Assembly (NCBI GenBank): GCA_963742735.1
Contig: CAVUMN010000003.1
Location: forward strand, 576,001 to 640,000
Reading direction: 5' to 3'
Origin: an uncultured Actinomycetes bacterium
Lineage (GTDB): Bacteria > Actinomycetota > UBA4738 > JBBDTT01
Length of the DNA stretch: 64,000 nucleotides
Below, piece by piece: positions 1 to 9,310 of the stretch. A program made the position numbers and the translations under genes. The notes beneath the pieces were generated by a model. It worked only from the letters and a program-made list of their open reading frames with translations. It made no database searches and was not told the DNA's origin. Each line of letters begins with the position of its first letter. The first letter of the stretch is position 1.

Positions 1-714
1 GAGCGCTTCGAGGCGGGCGCCGACACCGCGGAGCTGCTTGCCCAGGAGATCGCGGGCATCTTCGCGGGCGATCGCCCGTTCGCGCCGGTCGACGGCCGGC
101 TCTCGGTCGTCCTCGTCGTGGGGGTGAACGGGAGCGGCAAGACCACCACGATCGGCAAGCTGGCCGCGATGCTGTCCGGCGCCGGAAAGAAGGTCTGCCT
201 GGCCGCCAGCGACACGTTCCGCGCGGCGGCGGGCGAACAGCTGGAGGTGTGGGCGAACCGGGCGGGCGCGGACCTGGTGGCCCAGGCGCGCGGAGCGGAT
301 CCGGGCGCGGTGGCCTTCGACGCGGTGCAGGCGGCGAGGGCCCGGGGGGCGGACGTGCTCATCGTCGACACGGCCGGGCGCCTGCACACCCGCGAACCGC
401 TCATGGAGGAGCTCAAGAAGGTCCGCCGGGTGCTGGACAAGGCCGGGGGCGACGTCGACGAGACGCTGCTGGTCCTGGACGCGACGACCGGCCAGAACGG
501 GATCGCCCAGGCCCGGGCGTTCACCGAGGCCGTCGAGATCAGCGGCATCGTCCTGACGAAGCTCGACGGCTCGGCGCGGGGCGGGATCGTGGTGGCGGTC
601 CGCGAGGAGCTCGGGATCCCGGTGAAGCTGATCGGGATGGGGGAGCGCGTCGAGGACCTTCGCCCGTTCGAGGCCGGCGAATTCGCCCGTTCGCTGGTGA
701 GCTCGGAGCCGTGA
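1..714 (+). CDS. ftsY: SRP receptor FtsY (5' truncated by window edge)
   Basis: Frame is open from base 1. SRP GTPase motifs GVNGSGKTTT, DTFRAAA, DTAGR, TKLDGSARGG and GMGE are present; lies upstream of ffh. Confidence 0.96.
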   Translation, partial: ERFEAGADTAELLAQEIAGIFAGDRPFAPVDGRLSVVLVVGVNGSGKTTTIGKLAAMLSGAGKKVCLAASDTFRAAAGEQLEVWANRAGADLVAQARGADPGAVAFDAVQAARARGADVLIVDTAGRLHTREPLMEELKKVRRVLDKAGGDVDETLLVLDATTGQNGIAQARAFTEAVEISGIVLTKLDGSARGGIVVAVREELGIPVKLIGMGERVEDLRPFEAGEFARSLVSSEP

Positions 715-1100
715 CCTCCGTCCTGGTCGTCGACGACGACGCGGGGATCCGCGGGGTGATGCGGGCCATCCTCGAGCACGAGGAGTACGCGATCTACGAG
801 GCGGAGACCGGCGAGGTGGCCCTGGCCTTCTGCGCGGCGGCCCACCCGGACGTCGTGATCCTGGACCTCATGCTTCCGGGCATGCACGGCCTGGACGTCC
901 TTCGCGCCTTGAAAGCGGATCCGAAGACGGCGGAGAGCAAGGTGGTGGTGATCACCGCGATGGGCTCCTCGGCGAAGGACGAGGCGCTCGCCAACGGCGC
1001 GGACGGGTTCTTCGAGAAGCCGTTCAGTCCGATCGCGCTGATTCAGGTCGTGGAAGGGGCGCTGGCGGCACCCCCGCCGGTGCGGCCTGGGGAAGGTTGA
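711..1100 (+). CDS. Single-domain (CheY-like) response regulator
   Basis: GTG at 711 overlaps the ftsY stop (GTGA). Receiver motifs VLVVDDD, ILDLMLPGMHG, VITA and KPFS; this is the real part of ORF 249..1100. Confidence 0.9.
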   Translation: MTSVLVVDDDAGIRGVMRAILEHEEYAIYEAETGEVALAFCAAAHPDVVILDLMLPGMHGLDVLRALKADPKTAESKVVVITAMGSSAKDEALANGADGFFEKPFSPIALIQVVEGALAAPPPVRPGEG

Positions 1101-2844
1101 CCACGAACTCGGCCCCGCCCCGGGGCCCCGAGTCCACCGAGATCCGTCCGCCCATCGCCTCGACCAGCCGCTTGGAGATGTAGAGGCCCAGCCCCGCGCC
1201 TTCCTCTTCATGGCCGCGCTTCCCCGTCTGGTGGAACCGGTCGAAGATGCGCTCCCGTTCCTCCTCGGAGATGCCCGGCCCCTCGTCGCGGACCGCGAAC
1301 CGGACCCCGCCCTCCGGGCGATCCACCTCGACCTCCACCACCCCGTCGGCCGGCGAATACTTGAGCGCATTCTGGACCAGGTTGCGCAGGACCTGGGAGA
1401 GCCGGTGGGGATCCAGGCGGACCACCCCGTCCGCGCGAATGTCGAGGCGGATGCGCTCGCTCTGCGCGTCGAACGTGGCCACGAGGTCCTGCATCACGGC
1501 GGTGATCGCGACGTCCTCCGGCTCCACGCTCATCCGCCCGGCCTCGAGCCTGGACACCACCAGCAGGTCCTCGAGCAGGCGACCCAGCTTGCGGCTCTGC
1601 CCGTCGATCACGTCCAGGAAGTGCTGGCGTTCCTCCGGAGAGAGCCGCTCGGAGTGGCGCTTCAGGGTCTCGATGAACCCGCGGATCGCGGTGAGGGGCG
1701 TGCGCAGCTCGTGGCTGGTGACTGCGACGAAGTCGGACTTCATCTCGTCGAGCTCGCGGAGCTTGGTGAGGGCCTCGCGCTGACGGCTGAGCGCCGCCGC
1801 GTTGTTCATCACGAGCGCAACCTGGTCGGCCAGGCGGGTCATGAAGTCGAGGGTCGCCGTGGTGAGCCGCCCCGGCCGGCGGCTCTCGACGTCGAGGACC
1901 CCGATGACCTCCCCGCCGACCCGCAGGGGGACGGCGATCTCGGAGCACACCTCGGGGTCGATCTCGATGTAGTCCGGGTCGGCGCGGACGTCCTCGACCA
2001 GGATCCCCCGGTCCTCGGCCCACGCTCGCCCCGTGACGCCTTGGCCGGGCAGCAGGCGCTGACTCCGGGTCTCCGCCGGAAGGCCGAACACGGCGCCGAA
2101 CCGGAGCCGGCCGTCCTCGATGGTGCCGATGGACAGCGTCTCCAGGTCGAGGTCGGTCCCGATCGCCTCGACCATCGACTGCAGGGACGCCTCGAGGTCC
2201 GAGGCCGCGACACCGGCCATCACGGTGTGGTGGAACGCCGCCAGCTCCTTCCGCGCGGCGACCTCCCGGCCGGTCTGCTCACGAGCCTGAGTCGCGAGGG
2301 TGGCCAGCGACCGGGCCATGTACCCGGCCACCAGGGCGATGAGCGCCGCGATCCCCACCACGAAGGTGTACCGGTTCAGGACGAAGTCGTAGTTCTGGAG
2401 GCTGGCCACCCGGAAGGCCTCGCGGGCCGCCTCCGAGATGGCGATGAAGCCGAGCGACCAGAGCGCGCCGCGCATCTGGTAGCGGAGGGCCCCCTGGAGC
2501 GGGACCAGGTACAGGAGGACCCACCCGATGTCGTTGGGGTTGTAGCTCCCCAACCACACGAACCCCGTCAGCACGGCCGAGTCCATGCAGAACGCGAACA
2601 GTCCGAGGCGCCGGGCGTCCCGGGAGGCGTCCACCCGTCGCAGCGCGTGCGCGATGACCAGGTTCCCGGCGGCGACCAGGCCGATCAGGACGAACGAGGC
2701 GGTGACGACGTCGCTCGGCGGCCGCGGCTGGGCGCGTCCCAGCTGCCAGGCCTGGAACACGGCGAGGCCGATGCCGAACCAGCGGATCCTGACGAGGGTC
2801 CGCTCGAGGCGCGTCAGCTGCGAGAGGTCGCGGAGGGCTTCCAG
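1024..2844 (-). CDS. Membrane GAF-domain sensor histidine kinase (start uncertain: GTG 2760 or CTG 2844)
   Basis: Several N-terminal TM segments, a GAF domain (SEIAVPLRVGGEVIGVLDVES), HisKA SHELRTPL, and HATPase NALKYS/DEGPGI/GAGLGL. Frame stays open upstream to about 2868. Confidence 0.9.
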   Translation of the reverse strand: MEALRDLSQLTRLERTLVRIRWFGIGLAVFQAWQLGRAQPRPPSDVVTASFVLIGLVAAGNLVIAHALRRVDASRDARRLGLFAFCMDSAVLTGFVWLGSYNPNDIGWVLLYLVPLQGALRYQMRGALWSLGFIAISEAAREAFRVASLQNYDFVLNRYTFVVGIAALIALVAGYMARSLATLATQAREQTGREVAARKELAAFHHTVMAGVAASDLEASLQSMVEAIGTDLDLETLSIGTIEDGRLRFGAVFGLPAETRSQRLLPGQGVTGRAWAEDRGILVEDVRADPDYIEIDPEVCSEIAVPLRVGGEVIGVLDVESRRPGRLTTATLDFMTRLADQVALVMNNAAALSRQREALTKLRELDEMKSDFVAVTSHELRTPLTAIRGFIETLKRHSERLSPEERQHFLDVIDGQSRKLGRLLEDLLVVSRLEAGRMSVEPEDVAITAVMQDLVATFDAQSERIRLDIRADGVVRLDPHRLSQVLRNLVQNALKYSPADGVVEVEVDRPEGGVRFAVRDEGPGISEEERERIFDRFHQTGKRGHEEEGAGLGLYISKRLVEAMGGRISVDSGPRGGAEFVVNLPQAAPAGVPPAPLPRPESARSD

Positions 2845-2929
2845 GACGGTGCTCCCGCGGGTCGTCCCCTAGAATGGCCGTCCCGCACGGGCAGGATACG
2901 ACGACGATCCCGGGCGGAACAGATCGGAA

Positions 2930-4276
2930 ATGTTCGACACACTCTCCGGCCGCCTCGGCGCGGTCTTCAGCAAGCTCCGCTCCCGCGGGAAGCTCCACCC
3001 CAAGCAGGTGGACGCCGCGCTGGGCGACATCCGCACGGCCCTGCTCGAGGCGGACGTGGCCGTGGAGGTGGCCGACGACTTCCTGGCCCGCGTTCGGTCG
3101 CGCGCGCTCTCGGACGAGGTGATGCGCTCGCTCACCCCCGCGCAGCAGGTCGTGAAGATCGTGAACGACGAGCTCACGGCCACGCTGGGCGGCGAGCACA
3201 AGCCGTTCATCGCGTCGGGGAACCCGGCCGTGATCATGCTCGCCGGCCTCCAGGGCTCGGGCAAGACCACCCACGCGGCCAAGCTCGCACTGCACCTGAA
3301 GGAGAAGGGGCGGCAACCGCTGCTTGTGGCGGCCGACCTGGCCCGGCCAGCGGCCATCGAGCAGCTGTTCACCCTCGGGGCCGAGATCGGCGTGCCGGTG
3401 GTCTCCGAGGGCAAGGACGCTCCGAAGGTGGCCAGGAACGCCCTGAAGCAGGCCCGCCGTGAGGGCTTCGACGTGGTGATCGTCGACACTGCCGGCCGCC
3501 TGCACGTGGACGCGGAGATGATGCGCGAGGCCGCTCGCGTCCGCCGCGAGGTGGAGCCGCAGCACGTGCTGATGGTGGCCGACGCGATGACCGGTCAGGA
3601 CGCGGTCCATCAGGCGCGCGCATTCATGAAGGAGGTCGACCTGACGGGGTTCATCCTGTCCAAGCTCGACGGCGACGCGCGGGGCGGCGCCGCGCTGTCG
3701 GCGACCTTCGTGACCGGCCGCCCGATCTACTTCGCCGGCGTCGGCGAGAAGGTCGGCGATCTGGAGCCGTTCCACCCCGACCGCATGTCCGGCCGGATCC
3801 TCGGGATGGGCGACGTCCTCACGCTGATCGACAAGGCCGAGCGGACGATGGACCAGGAGACGGCCCAGGCCGCCGCGGAGAAGATGCTCCGGGCCGAGTT
3901 CACCCTGGAGGACTTCCTGGTCCAGATGCGCGAGGTGAAGAAGCTCGGGCCGCTGCAGGACCTGCTGGCGATGATGCCGGGCGTGCCGGGGAAGGCGGGG
4001 CTGAAGGACCTCCAGGTCGACGACCGTGGCCTCGATCGGACGGAGGCCATCATCTGCTCGATGACTCCCGAGGAGCGACGGCTTCCGTCTATCATCGGCG
4101 GCAGCCGCCGGGCCCGGATCGCGCGCGGCAGCGGTACGACCACCACCGAGGTGAACGCGCTTTTGAAGCAGTTCGACCAGGCGAAGAAGATGATGAAGCG
4201 CCTGGGCATGGGCGGCGGTGGGAAGTTGAAGATGCCGAGGATCCCCGGGATGCCGCAGATTCCCGGCCTCGGGTAA
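2930..4276 (+). CDS. ffh: Signal recognition particle protein
   Basis: Motifs [47 protein letters not shown] and a Met-rich M domain. Confidence 0.98.
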   Translation: MFDTLSGRLGAVFSKLRSRGKLHPKQVDAALGDIRTALLEADVAVEVADDFLARVRSRALSDEVMRSLTPAQQVVKIVNDELTATLGGEHKPFIASGNPAVIMLAGLQGSGKTTHAAKLALHLKEKGRQPLLVAADLARPAAIEQLFTLGAEIGVPVVSEGKDAPKVARNALKQARREGFDVVIVDTAGRLHVDAEMMREAARVRREVEPQHVLMVADAMTGQDAVHQARAFMKEVDLTGFILSKLDGDARGGAALSATFVTGRPIYFAGVGEKVGDLEPFHPDRMSGRILGMGDVLTLIDKAERTMDQETAQAAAEKMLRAEFTLEDFLVQMREVKKLGPLQDLLAMMPGVPGKAGLKDLQVDDRGLDRTEAIICSMTPEERRLPSIIGGSRRARIARGSGTTTTEVNALLKQFDQAKKMMKRLGMGGGGKLKMPRIPGMPQIPGLG

Positions 4277-4302
4277 CCCTCAGGCGAAGGAGCAGCACCG
4301 AC

Positions 4303-4848
4303 ATGGTCAAGATCCGTCTCATGCGGATGGGCGCGAAGAAGCGTCCGTTCTTCCGCGTCGTGGTGGCCGACTCACGAAGCCCCCGCGACGGCCGCTTCAT
4401 CGAGAACATCGGGAAGTACCACCCACTCGAGGACCCCTCGCTCATCGAGATCGACGGCGAACGGGCCCTGCACTGGCTGAAGACCGGCGCCCAGCCCACC
4501 GAGGCCGTCACGAACCTGCTGCGGATCCAGGGGATCTGGGAGCAGTTCACCGGCGAGCCGACGCCCGCCGCCAAGCCGCCGAAGCCGCGGCGTCCTTCGA
4601 AGAAGAAGCAGAAGGCCGCCGCCGCCCCGCCCGCGGCGCCCGCCGCGGCCGCCGAGGAAGCCGCTCCGGCCGAGGAACCGGCTCCGGCCGAGGAACCGGC
4701 TCCGGCCGAGGAACCGGCTCCGGCCGAGGAACCGGCTCCGGCCGAGGAACCGGCTCCGGCCGAGGAACCGGCCGCTGCCGAGGAAGCTCCCGCCGCCGAG
4801 GAGGCGGCCCCGGCCGAGAAGCCGACGGCCGAGGGCGAGGATTCGTGA
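4303..4848 (+). CDS. rpsP: 30S ribosomal protein S16 with long Lys then Ala/Pro/Glu tail
   Basis: [34 protein letters not shown]; AAGGAG SD upstream. Confidence 0.98.
   Translation: MVKIRLMRMGAKKRPFFRVVVADSRSPRDGRFIENIGKYHPLEDPSLIEIDGERALHWLKTGAQPTEAVTNLLRIQGIWEQFTGEPTPAAKPPKPRRPSKKKQKAAAAPPAAPAAAAEEAAPAEEPAPAEEPAPAEEPAPAEEPAPAEEPAPAEEPAAAEEAPAAEEAAPAEKPTAEGEDS
4663..4770 (+). repeat. 6 perfect copies of 18-bp GCTCCGGCCGAGGAACCG (encodes APAEEP) in the rpsP tail
   Basis: Tandem array read directly from the sequence, with degenerate copies on both sides. Confidence 0.95.
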
Positions 4849-5075
4849 AGGAGCTGCTCGTCTACATCGCCCAGAACCTGGTCGACGACCCGGACGCGGT
4901 GGAGGTCGAGGAGATCCCCGGCGGCCGGACGACGGTGTACCAGCTGTCGGTGGCGCCGGACGATCGAGGCAAGGTCATCGGCCGTGGCGGCCGGACCGCG
5001 CGTGCCATCCGAACGCTGATGCGTGCGGCCGGCGTGCAGACCGGTTCGAACGCCATGGTCGAGATCGTGGGGTGA
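4845..5075 (+). CDS. khpA: KH-domain RNA-binding protein KhpA
   Basis: LVDDPDAV...[18 protein letters not shown]; canonical position between rpsP and rimM; GTGA coupling. Confidence 0.93.
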   Translation: MKELLVYIAQNLVDDPDAVEVEEIPGGRTTVYQLSVAPDDRGKVIGRGGRTARAIRTLMRAAGVQTGSNAMVEIVG

Positions 5076-5560
5076 TCGCCGTGGGCCGGGTCGCCCGGTC
5101 CCACGGGGTCAGAGGTGAGGTGGCCGTCGAGCTGCTCACCGAGGTCCCGGATCGGTTCGCGCCCGGCTCGACGCTCCAGGCCGAGGACGGCTCCTCTCTC
5201 ACCATCGAGTCCGCGCGTCCGCATCAGAGCCGGATGCTGGTGACCTTCCAGGGCGTCGGCGACCGAACCGCCGCCGACGCCCTTCGCGGCGCCTACCTCT
5301 TCGTGCCCGAGACGTCCCTCCCCGATCTCCCCGAGGGCCGCTACTGGCCGCACCAGCTCGAGGGGTGCGACGTGGTCGACGAGGACGGCCGGGCGATCGG
5401 CCGCCTGGTAGAGGTCCTCGCGGGGCCGGAGGGCGGCAACGACGTGTGGGCCGTGGACGGCGAGGGCGGCCGGCGGCTGGTCCCCGCGGTCCGCGACGCG
5501 GTCGTGTCGGTCGACGTCGGCGCGCGCCGGGTGGTCGTTCGCGCGGAGGCGCTCTCGTGA
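5072..5560 (+). CDS. rimM: 16S rRNA maturation factor RimM
   Basis: VGRVARSHGVRGEV and LPEGRYWPHQLEG; synteny. Confidence 0.95.
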   Translation: MIAVGRVARSHGVRGEVAVELLTEVPDRFAPGSTLQAEDGSSLTIESARPHQSRMLVTFQGVGDRTAADALRGAYLFVPETSLPDLPEGRYWPHQLEGCDVVDEDGRAIGRLVEVLAGPEGGNDVWAVDGEGGRRLVPAVRDAVVSVDVGARRVVVRAEALS

Positions 5561-6240
5561 GCGAACCGGGCCTGCGCGCGGATCTGCTGACGATCTTTCC
5601 GGGCTACTTCGAGAGCCCGCTCCGGGAGAGCCTGCTTGGCCGGGCCATCGGCTCCGGCGTCCTGGACGTGCGCGTGCACGACATCCGCGCCCACGCGACC
5701 GATCCGCATCGCCAGGTGGACGACGAGCCGTACGGGGGAGGGCCGGGCATGGTCATGCTGGCGGAGCCGATCGTCCGGGCGGTCGAGGCGATCGACGGAT
5801 CCCCGCGGGTCGTGCTGCTCTCCCCCCAGGGGAGGCTCCTGGACCAGGGGCTGGCCCGCGAGCTGTCGGCGGCGCGCCATCTGGCCCTGATCTGTGGGCG
5901 CTACGAGGGTGTCGACGAGCGGGTGGCCGAGGTCCTCGGCGCCGAGGAGCTCTCGGTGGGGGACTACGTCCTTCCCGGCGGCGAGCCGGCCGCGCTCGTC
6001 GTGCTCGAGGCCGTCGCCCGCCTGGTCCCGGGCGTCGTCGGGAACCCCGACTCGCTCACCGCCGACTCCTTCGAGCACGGCGTGTTCGACCATCCCCACT
6101 ACACCCGGCCGCGCGAGTACCGGGGCGCCGAGGTCCCGGAGGTGCTGCTCTCGGGCGACCACGGCAAGGTCGACGAGTGGCGTCGCGAGCGCGCCCTGGA
6201 GAAGACGAAACGCAACCGCCCGGACCTGCTCGAGTCCTAG
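5557..6240 (+). CDS. trmD: tRNA (guanine37-N1)-methyltransferase
   Basis: GTG 5557 coupled to the rimM stop. Motifs VDDEPYGGGPGMV, LSPQG, CGRYEGVDER and LLSGDH. Confidence 0.97.
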   Translation: MSEPGLRADLLTIFPGYFESPLRESLLGRAIGSGVLDVRVHDIRAHATDPHRQVDDEPYGGGPGMVMLAEPIVRAVEAIDGSPRVVLLSPQGRLLDQGLARELSAARHLALICGRYEGVDERVAEVLGAEELSVGDYVLPGGEPAALVVLEAVARLVPGVVGNPDSLTADSFEHGVFDHPHYTRPREYRGAEVPEVLLSGDHGKVDEWRRERALEKTKRNRPDLLES

Positions 6241-6653
6241 AAAACCGGGTTCACGGTGGCGTGGAGTACCGCCCACAGGCGGATGAACAAGATGGTCCCC
6301 GAAAGCGCCGTCAGGATCGCCCCCAGGAGCGTGGCTCCGTATCCGTCGGTCCTCGGGTAGCGGCCGACGTGGATCAGCACCACGGCGTAGATCAGGAACC
6401 CGAGCCCGACCGCCAGCCCGGTCAGCAGAAACCAATCGAACGCGAGCATCACGGGGCGCTCCAGGAAGGGCGGATAGGGGGAGCCGACGAGGTCGGCTCC
6501 CCGCGCGTCGTCGACGAACTTGGACACCAGGAACGCGCCGACGCCGAACACGCTGCCGACGGTGCCGCCGATCACCCCCCAGCGACGTTCGCGCCGGGCG
6601 TTCAGTCCTTGGGTGCGCTCAACGGGGGCGTCGTGGTCGGGACCGATCGGCAC
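6237..6653 (-). CDS. Hypothetical membrane protein, about 3 TM (start probably GTG 6653)
   Basis: Three hydrophobic stretches in ORF 6237..6728. It fills the trmD-rplS gap and overlaps the trmD stop by 4 nt. Confidence 0.65.
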   Translation of the reverse strand: MPIGPDHDAPVERTQGLNARRERRWGVIGGTVGSVFGVGAFLVSKFVDDARGADLVGSPYPPFLERPVMLAFDWFLLTGLAVGLGFLIYAVVLIHVGRYPRTDGYGATLLGAILTALSGTILFIRLWAVLHATVNPVF

Positions 6654-6757
6654 GGGGGATGTTGTACTGCTTCGGGGGTGATTTCGCACGTCAGGGGCCC
6701 GCGATTGCGGAAATGCGGCTGCTATCATGAGCGCTCCCGACTCGAGGGAACTCTGCG

Positions 6758-7165
6758 GTGAACCGAATCGATCTCATCGAAACCGCGCGCCTGCGCGACG
6801 ACATCCCGGACTTTCGCCCGGGCGACAGCGTCAAGGTCCACGTCAAGGTGGCCGAGGCCGGGCGCGAGCGCATCCAGGTGTTCCAGGGTGTCGTCCTGCG
6901 CCGCCAGAACGGCGGGCTTCGCGAGACGTTCACGGTGCGCAAGATGTCCTTCGGCGTCGGGGTCGAGCGGACGTTCCCGATCCACACGCCGACGATCTCG
7001 AAGATCGAGGTGGTGAGCCGCGGCCGGGTCCGCCGCGCCAAGCTCTACTACCTCCGCGAGCGGCGGGGGAAGGCGGCCCGGATCCGCGAGCGTCGCGAAC
7101 CAGCGGGGAAGGCCACGGCGGTCGCGGCCGAGCCGGTCGACGCCGGCGACGCTGCGGAGGAGTAG
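6758..7165 (+). CDS. rplS: 50S ribosomal protein L19
   Basis: [26 protein letters not shown] and [12 protein letters not shown]. Confidence 0.98.
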   Translation: MNRIDLIETARLRDDIPDFRPGDSVKVHVKVAEAGRERIQVFQGVVLRRQNGGLRETFTVRKMSFGVGVERTFPIHTPTISKIEVVSRGRVRRAKLYYLRERRGKAARIRERREPAGKATAVAAEPVDAGDAAEE

Positions 7166-7169
7166 CCGG

Positions 7170-7898
7170 GTGGCGCGCGGGCCGCGCGCGGGGGACGAGA
7201 CCCGGACCGACACGGACACGCTGACGGTATCGCCGGGTCCCGACGGGCCCGCCGAGCCGCCGGTCGACTGGACCGGTCGCGACAAGCGCGACAAGGACCG
7301 GGGCCCTCTCGGGTTCCTGCGCGAGCTCCCGATCCTGATCGTCGTCGCCTTCGTCCTGGCCCTGCTGATCAAGACGTTCCTGGTCCAGGCGTTCTTCATC
7401 CCCTCGGAGTCGATGGTCCCCACGCTGGCGGTGGGCGACCGGGTGCTCGTCAACAAGGTCGTGTACCACCTGCACCCGCCCCGGAGGGGCGACATCATCG
7501 TGTTCGCGGAGCCCCACCCCGGCCCCGAGGACGAGCGGTCGGCGTGGCAGTCGTTCACCCACTGGCTCACCGACGGCCTGGGGGTGACCCAGGACCCCAC
7601 CAAGGACTACATCAAGCGGGTGATCGCGCTTCCGGGGGAGACCATCGAGGTCCGCCAGGGCCAGGTGTACGTCGACGGCCGTCCGCTCAACGAGCCGTAC
7701 CTCTCGCCGATCGAGGACGTCTCCTCGTTCCCGGCCCACACCGTCCCCGAGGGGATGCTGTTCGTGATGGGCGACAACCGCACCAACTCCCAGGACTCAC
7801 GATCGCTCCTCGGGGACATCCCACTCGAGAAGGTGGTTGGCAAGGCGTTCGTGGTCATCTGGCCCCCCTCGGACCTGCGGTGGCTCCCCGGCACGTAG
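7170..7898 (+). CDS. lepB: Signal peptidase I
   Basis: TM anchor, IPSESMVPTL (catalytic Ser), YIKRVIALPG (catalytic Lys) and GDNRTNSQDSR. Confidence 0.96.
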   Translation: MARGPRAGDETRTDTDTLTVSPGPDGPAEPPVDWTGRDKRDKDRGPLGFLRELPILIVVAFVLALLIKTFLVQAFFIPSESMVPTLAVGDRVLVNKVVYHLHPPRRGDIIVFAEPHPGPEDERSAWQSFTHWLTDGLGVTQDPTKDYIKRVIALPGETIEVRQGQVYVDGRPLNEPYLSPIEDVSSFPAHTVPEGMLFVMGDNRTNSQDSRSLLGDIPLEKVVGKAFVVIWPPSDLRWLPGT

Positions 7899-8572
7899 AC
7901 GACCTCGATCGTTACGAGCGTCGTCTCCGGGCGAATGGCTTCTCGCGCGTGGCCGGGATCGACGAGGCCGGTCGGGGCGCGCTCGCCGGGCCGCTGGTCG
8001 TGGCGGCGGTGATCCTTCCCGAGGGCTTCGACCTCGACGGCGTCGACGACTCCAAGGTGCTGAGCGCCCCGCAGCGAGAGCGGGCGTACGCCCGGATCGT
8101 CCAGGAGGCGATCGCGTGGTCGGTGTCCAAGGCGCTTCCCCGCCGGATCGATCACCGAGGCCTGCATCGCTCGAACCTCGCCCTGTTCCGCCGCGTGATC
8201 CGGGACCTCCCGGTGCCCCCGGATTACGTGCTGGCGGACGGGTTCCCGCTGAAGGCGTTTCCCTACCCGCACCTGTCGATCAAGAAGGGCGACGCGGTGA
8301 CCGCCTCGGTGGCCGCGGCGTCGATCGTGGCGAAGGTGACGCGAGACCACATCATGGAGCGCTATCACAGGCGGTATCCCGCGTACGGGTTCAAGCAGAA
8401 CAAGGGATACGGCACCGCGTCGCATCGCGACGCCCTCCTCCGCCTGGGGCCGACGCCCATCCACCGGCACTCCTTCATGGGGATCGCGACCGGCTACTAC
8501 CCCAATCCCAAGGGCCTGGAGCTGCGTCGCCGGAGGCCGGATGCCCCGGGCGGGCGGATAATGGAGCCGTGA
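7880..8572 (+). CDS. rnhB: Ribonuclease HII
   Basis: GIDEAGRGALAGP, DSKVLS, KGD, AAASIVAKVTRD and NKGYGT. In-frame GTG at 7880 taken as start (uncertain). Confidence 0.95.
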   Translation: MAPRHVDDLDRYERRLRANGFSRVAGIDEAGRGALAGPLVVAAVILPEGFDLDGVDDSKVLSAPQRERAYARIVQEAIAWSVSKALPRRIDHRGLHRSNLALFRRVIRDLPVPPDYVLADGFPLKAFPYPHLSIKKGDAVTASVAAASIVAKVTRDHIMERYHRRYPAYGFKQNKGYGTASHRDALLRLGPTPIHRHSFMGIATGYYPNPKGLELRRRRPDAPGGRIMEP

Positions 8573-8892
8573 GCACCGACGACCTCGAGAAGTTCGAAAC
8601 CGAGATGGAGCTGCAGCTCTACCGCGAGTATCGCGACGTGCTCCCGATGTTCTCCCACGTGGTCGAGACGGAGCGGCGGTTCTACCTGGCGAACGTCGTC
8701 GACGTGGAGCGCCACGAGGGTGGCGGCGGAGTGTGGTTCGAGATCGTCCTGTCCGACGCCTGGGTGTGGGACATGTACCGCTCGGCCCGGTTCGTTTCGA
8801 AGGTCCGCGTTCTCACGACCCGGGACGTCAACATCGAGGAGCTGGCCCACAAGTCGGTTCCCGACTCTCCCGAGGAGCTCGACTCCCTCTAG
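8569..8892 (+). CDS. DUF2469 family protein (actinobacterial)
   Basis: STDDLEKFETEMELQLYREYRDV...VETERRFYLAN...DAWVWDMYR...DVNIEEL; the usual rnhB neighbour in Actinobacteria. Confidence 0.92.
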   Translation: MSTDDLEKFETEMELQLYREYRDVLPMFSHVVETERRFYLANVVDVERHEGGGGVWFEIVLSDAWVWDMYRSARFVSKVRVLTTRDVNIEELAHKSVPDSPEELDSL

Positions 8893-8895
8893 TCG

Positions 8896-8917
8896 TGTCG
8901 GTGGCCCGCGCTAGCGT
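8896..8917 (+). promoter_or_regulatory. RecA-NDp/PafBC-type promoter TGTCGGTG-N8-TAGCGT for yraN
   Basis: Matches TGTCRGTG-N8-TANNNT; the -10 ends 6 nt before GTG 8924. Confidence 0.75.
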
Positions 8918-8923
8918 GCGTGC

Positions 8924-9274
8924 GTGGCCGCCTCGACGGATCGCGAAGCGCTGGGGCGCGACGGCGAGCGAGCGGCCCTGCGCTGGTACCTGGCCCGCGG
9001 CTTCCGGCTCCTCGCCCGCAACTGGCGTTGCTCGATCGGCGAGCTCGACCTGGTCGTGCGCCGGGGCCGCCTGGTCGCGTTCGTCGAGGTCAAGACGCGT
9101 GGCGGCGCGGCGTTCGGCGGCGGATACGAGGCGGTCGGCTGGAAGAAGCAGCGCAAGCTCCGCCAGCTGGCCGACGCCTTCGTGGCCGCCCACGGCGCGC
9201 CCGGGCTCGACTATCGCTTCGACGTCGCCAGCGTGATGGGCGCGGACGTCCACGTCTTCGAGGACGCCTTCTAG
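8924..9274 (+). CDS. yraN: YraN (UPF0102) family nuclease
   Basis: LGRDGE...YL...GFRLLARNWR..GELDLV...FVEVKTR...RFDVASV. Confidence 0.94.
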   Translation: MAASTDREALGRDGERAALRWYLARGFRLLARNWRCSIGELDLVVRRGRLVAFVEVKTRGGAAFGGGYEAVGWKKQRKLRQLADAFVAAHGAPGLDYRFDVASVMGADVHVFEDAF

Positions 9275-9279
9275 GGACG

Positions 9280-9301
9280 TGTCAGTGCCTCGCGCTAGCG
9301 T
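9280..9301 (+). promoter_or_regulatory. RecA-NDp/PafBC-type promoter TGTCAGTG-N8-TAGCGT for comM-dprA
   Basis: Matches TGTCRGTG-N8-TANNNT; ends 9 nt before GTG 9311. Confidence 0.75.
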
Positions 9302-9310
9302 TCGCGGGTC

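Noticed and set aside
2891-2920. GCAGGA upstream of ffh as a third copy of the CAGGA-N15-GTCGWA motif
   Set aside because: No GTCGWA at the required spacing; a standard TAGAAT -10 at 2870-2875 explains ffh transcription.
4663-4770. Tandem repeats as a CRISPR array
   Set aside because: No spacers; an in-frame coding repeat within rpsP; no cas genes.
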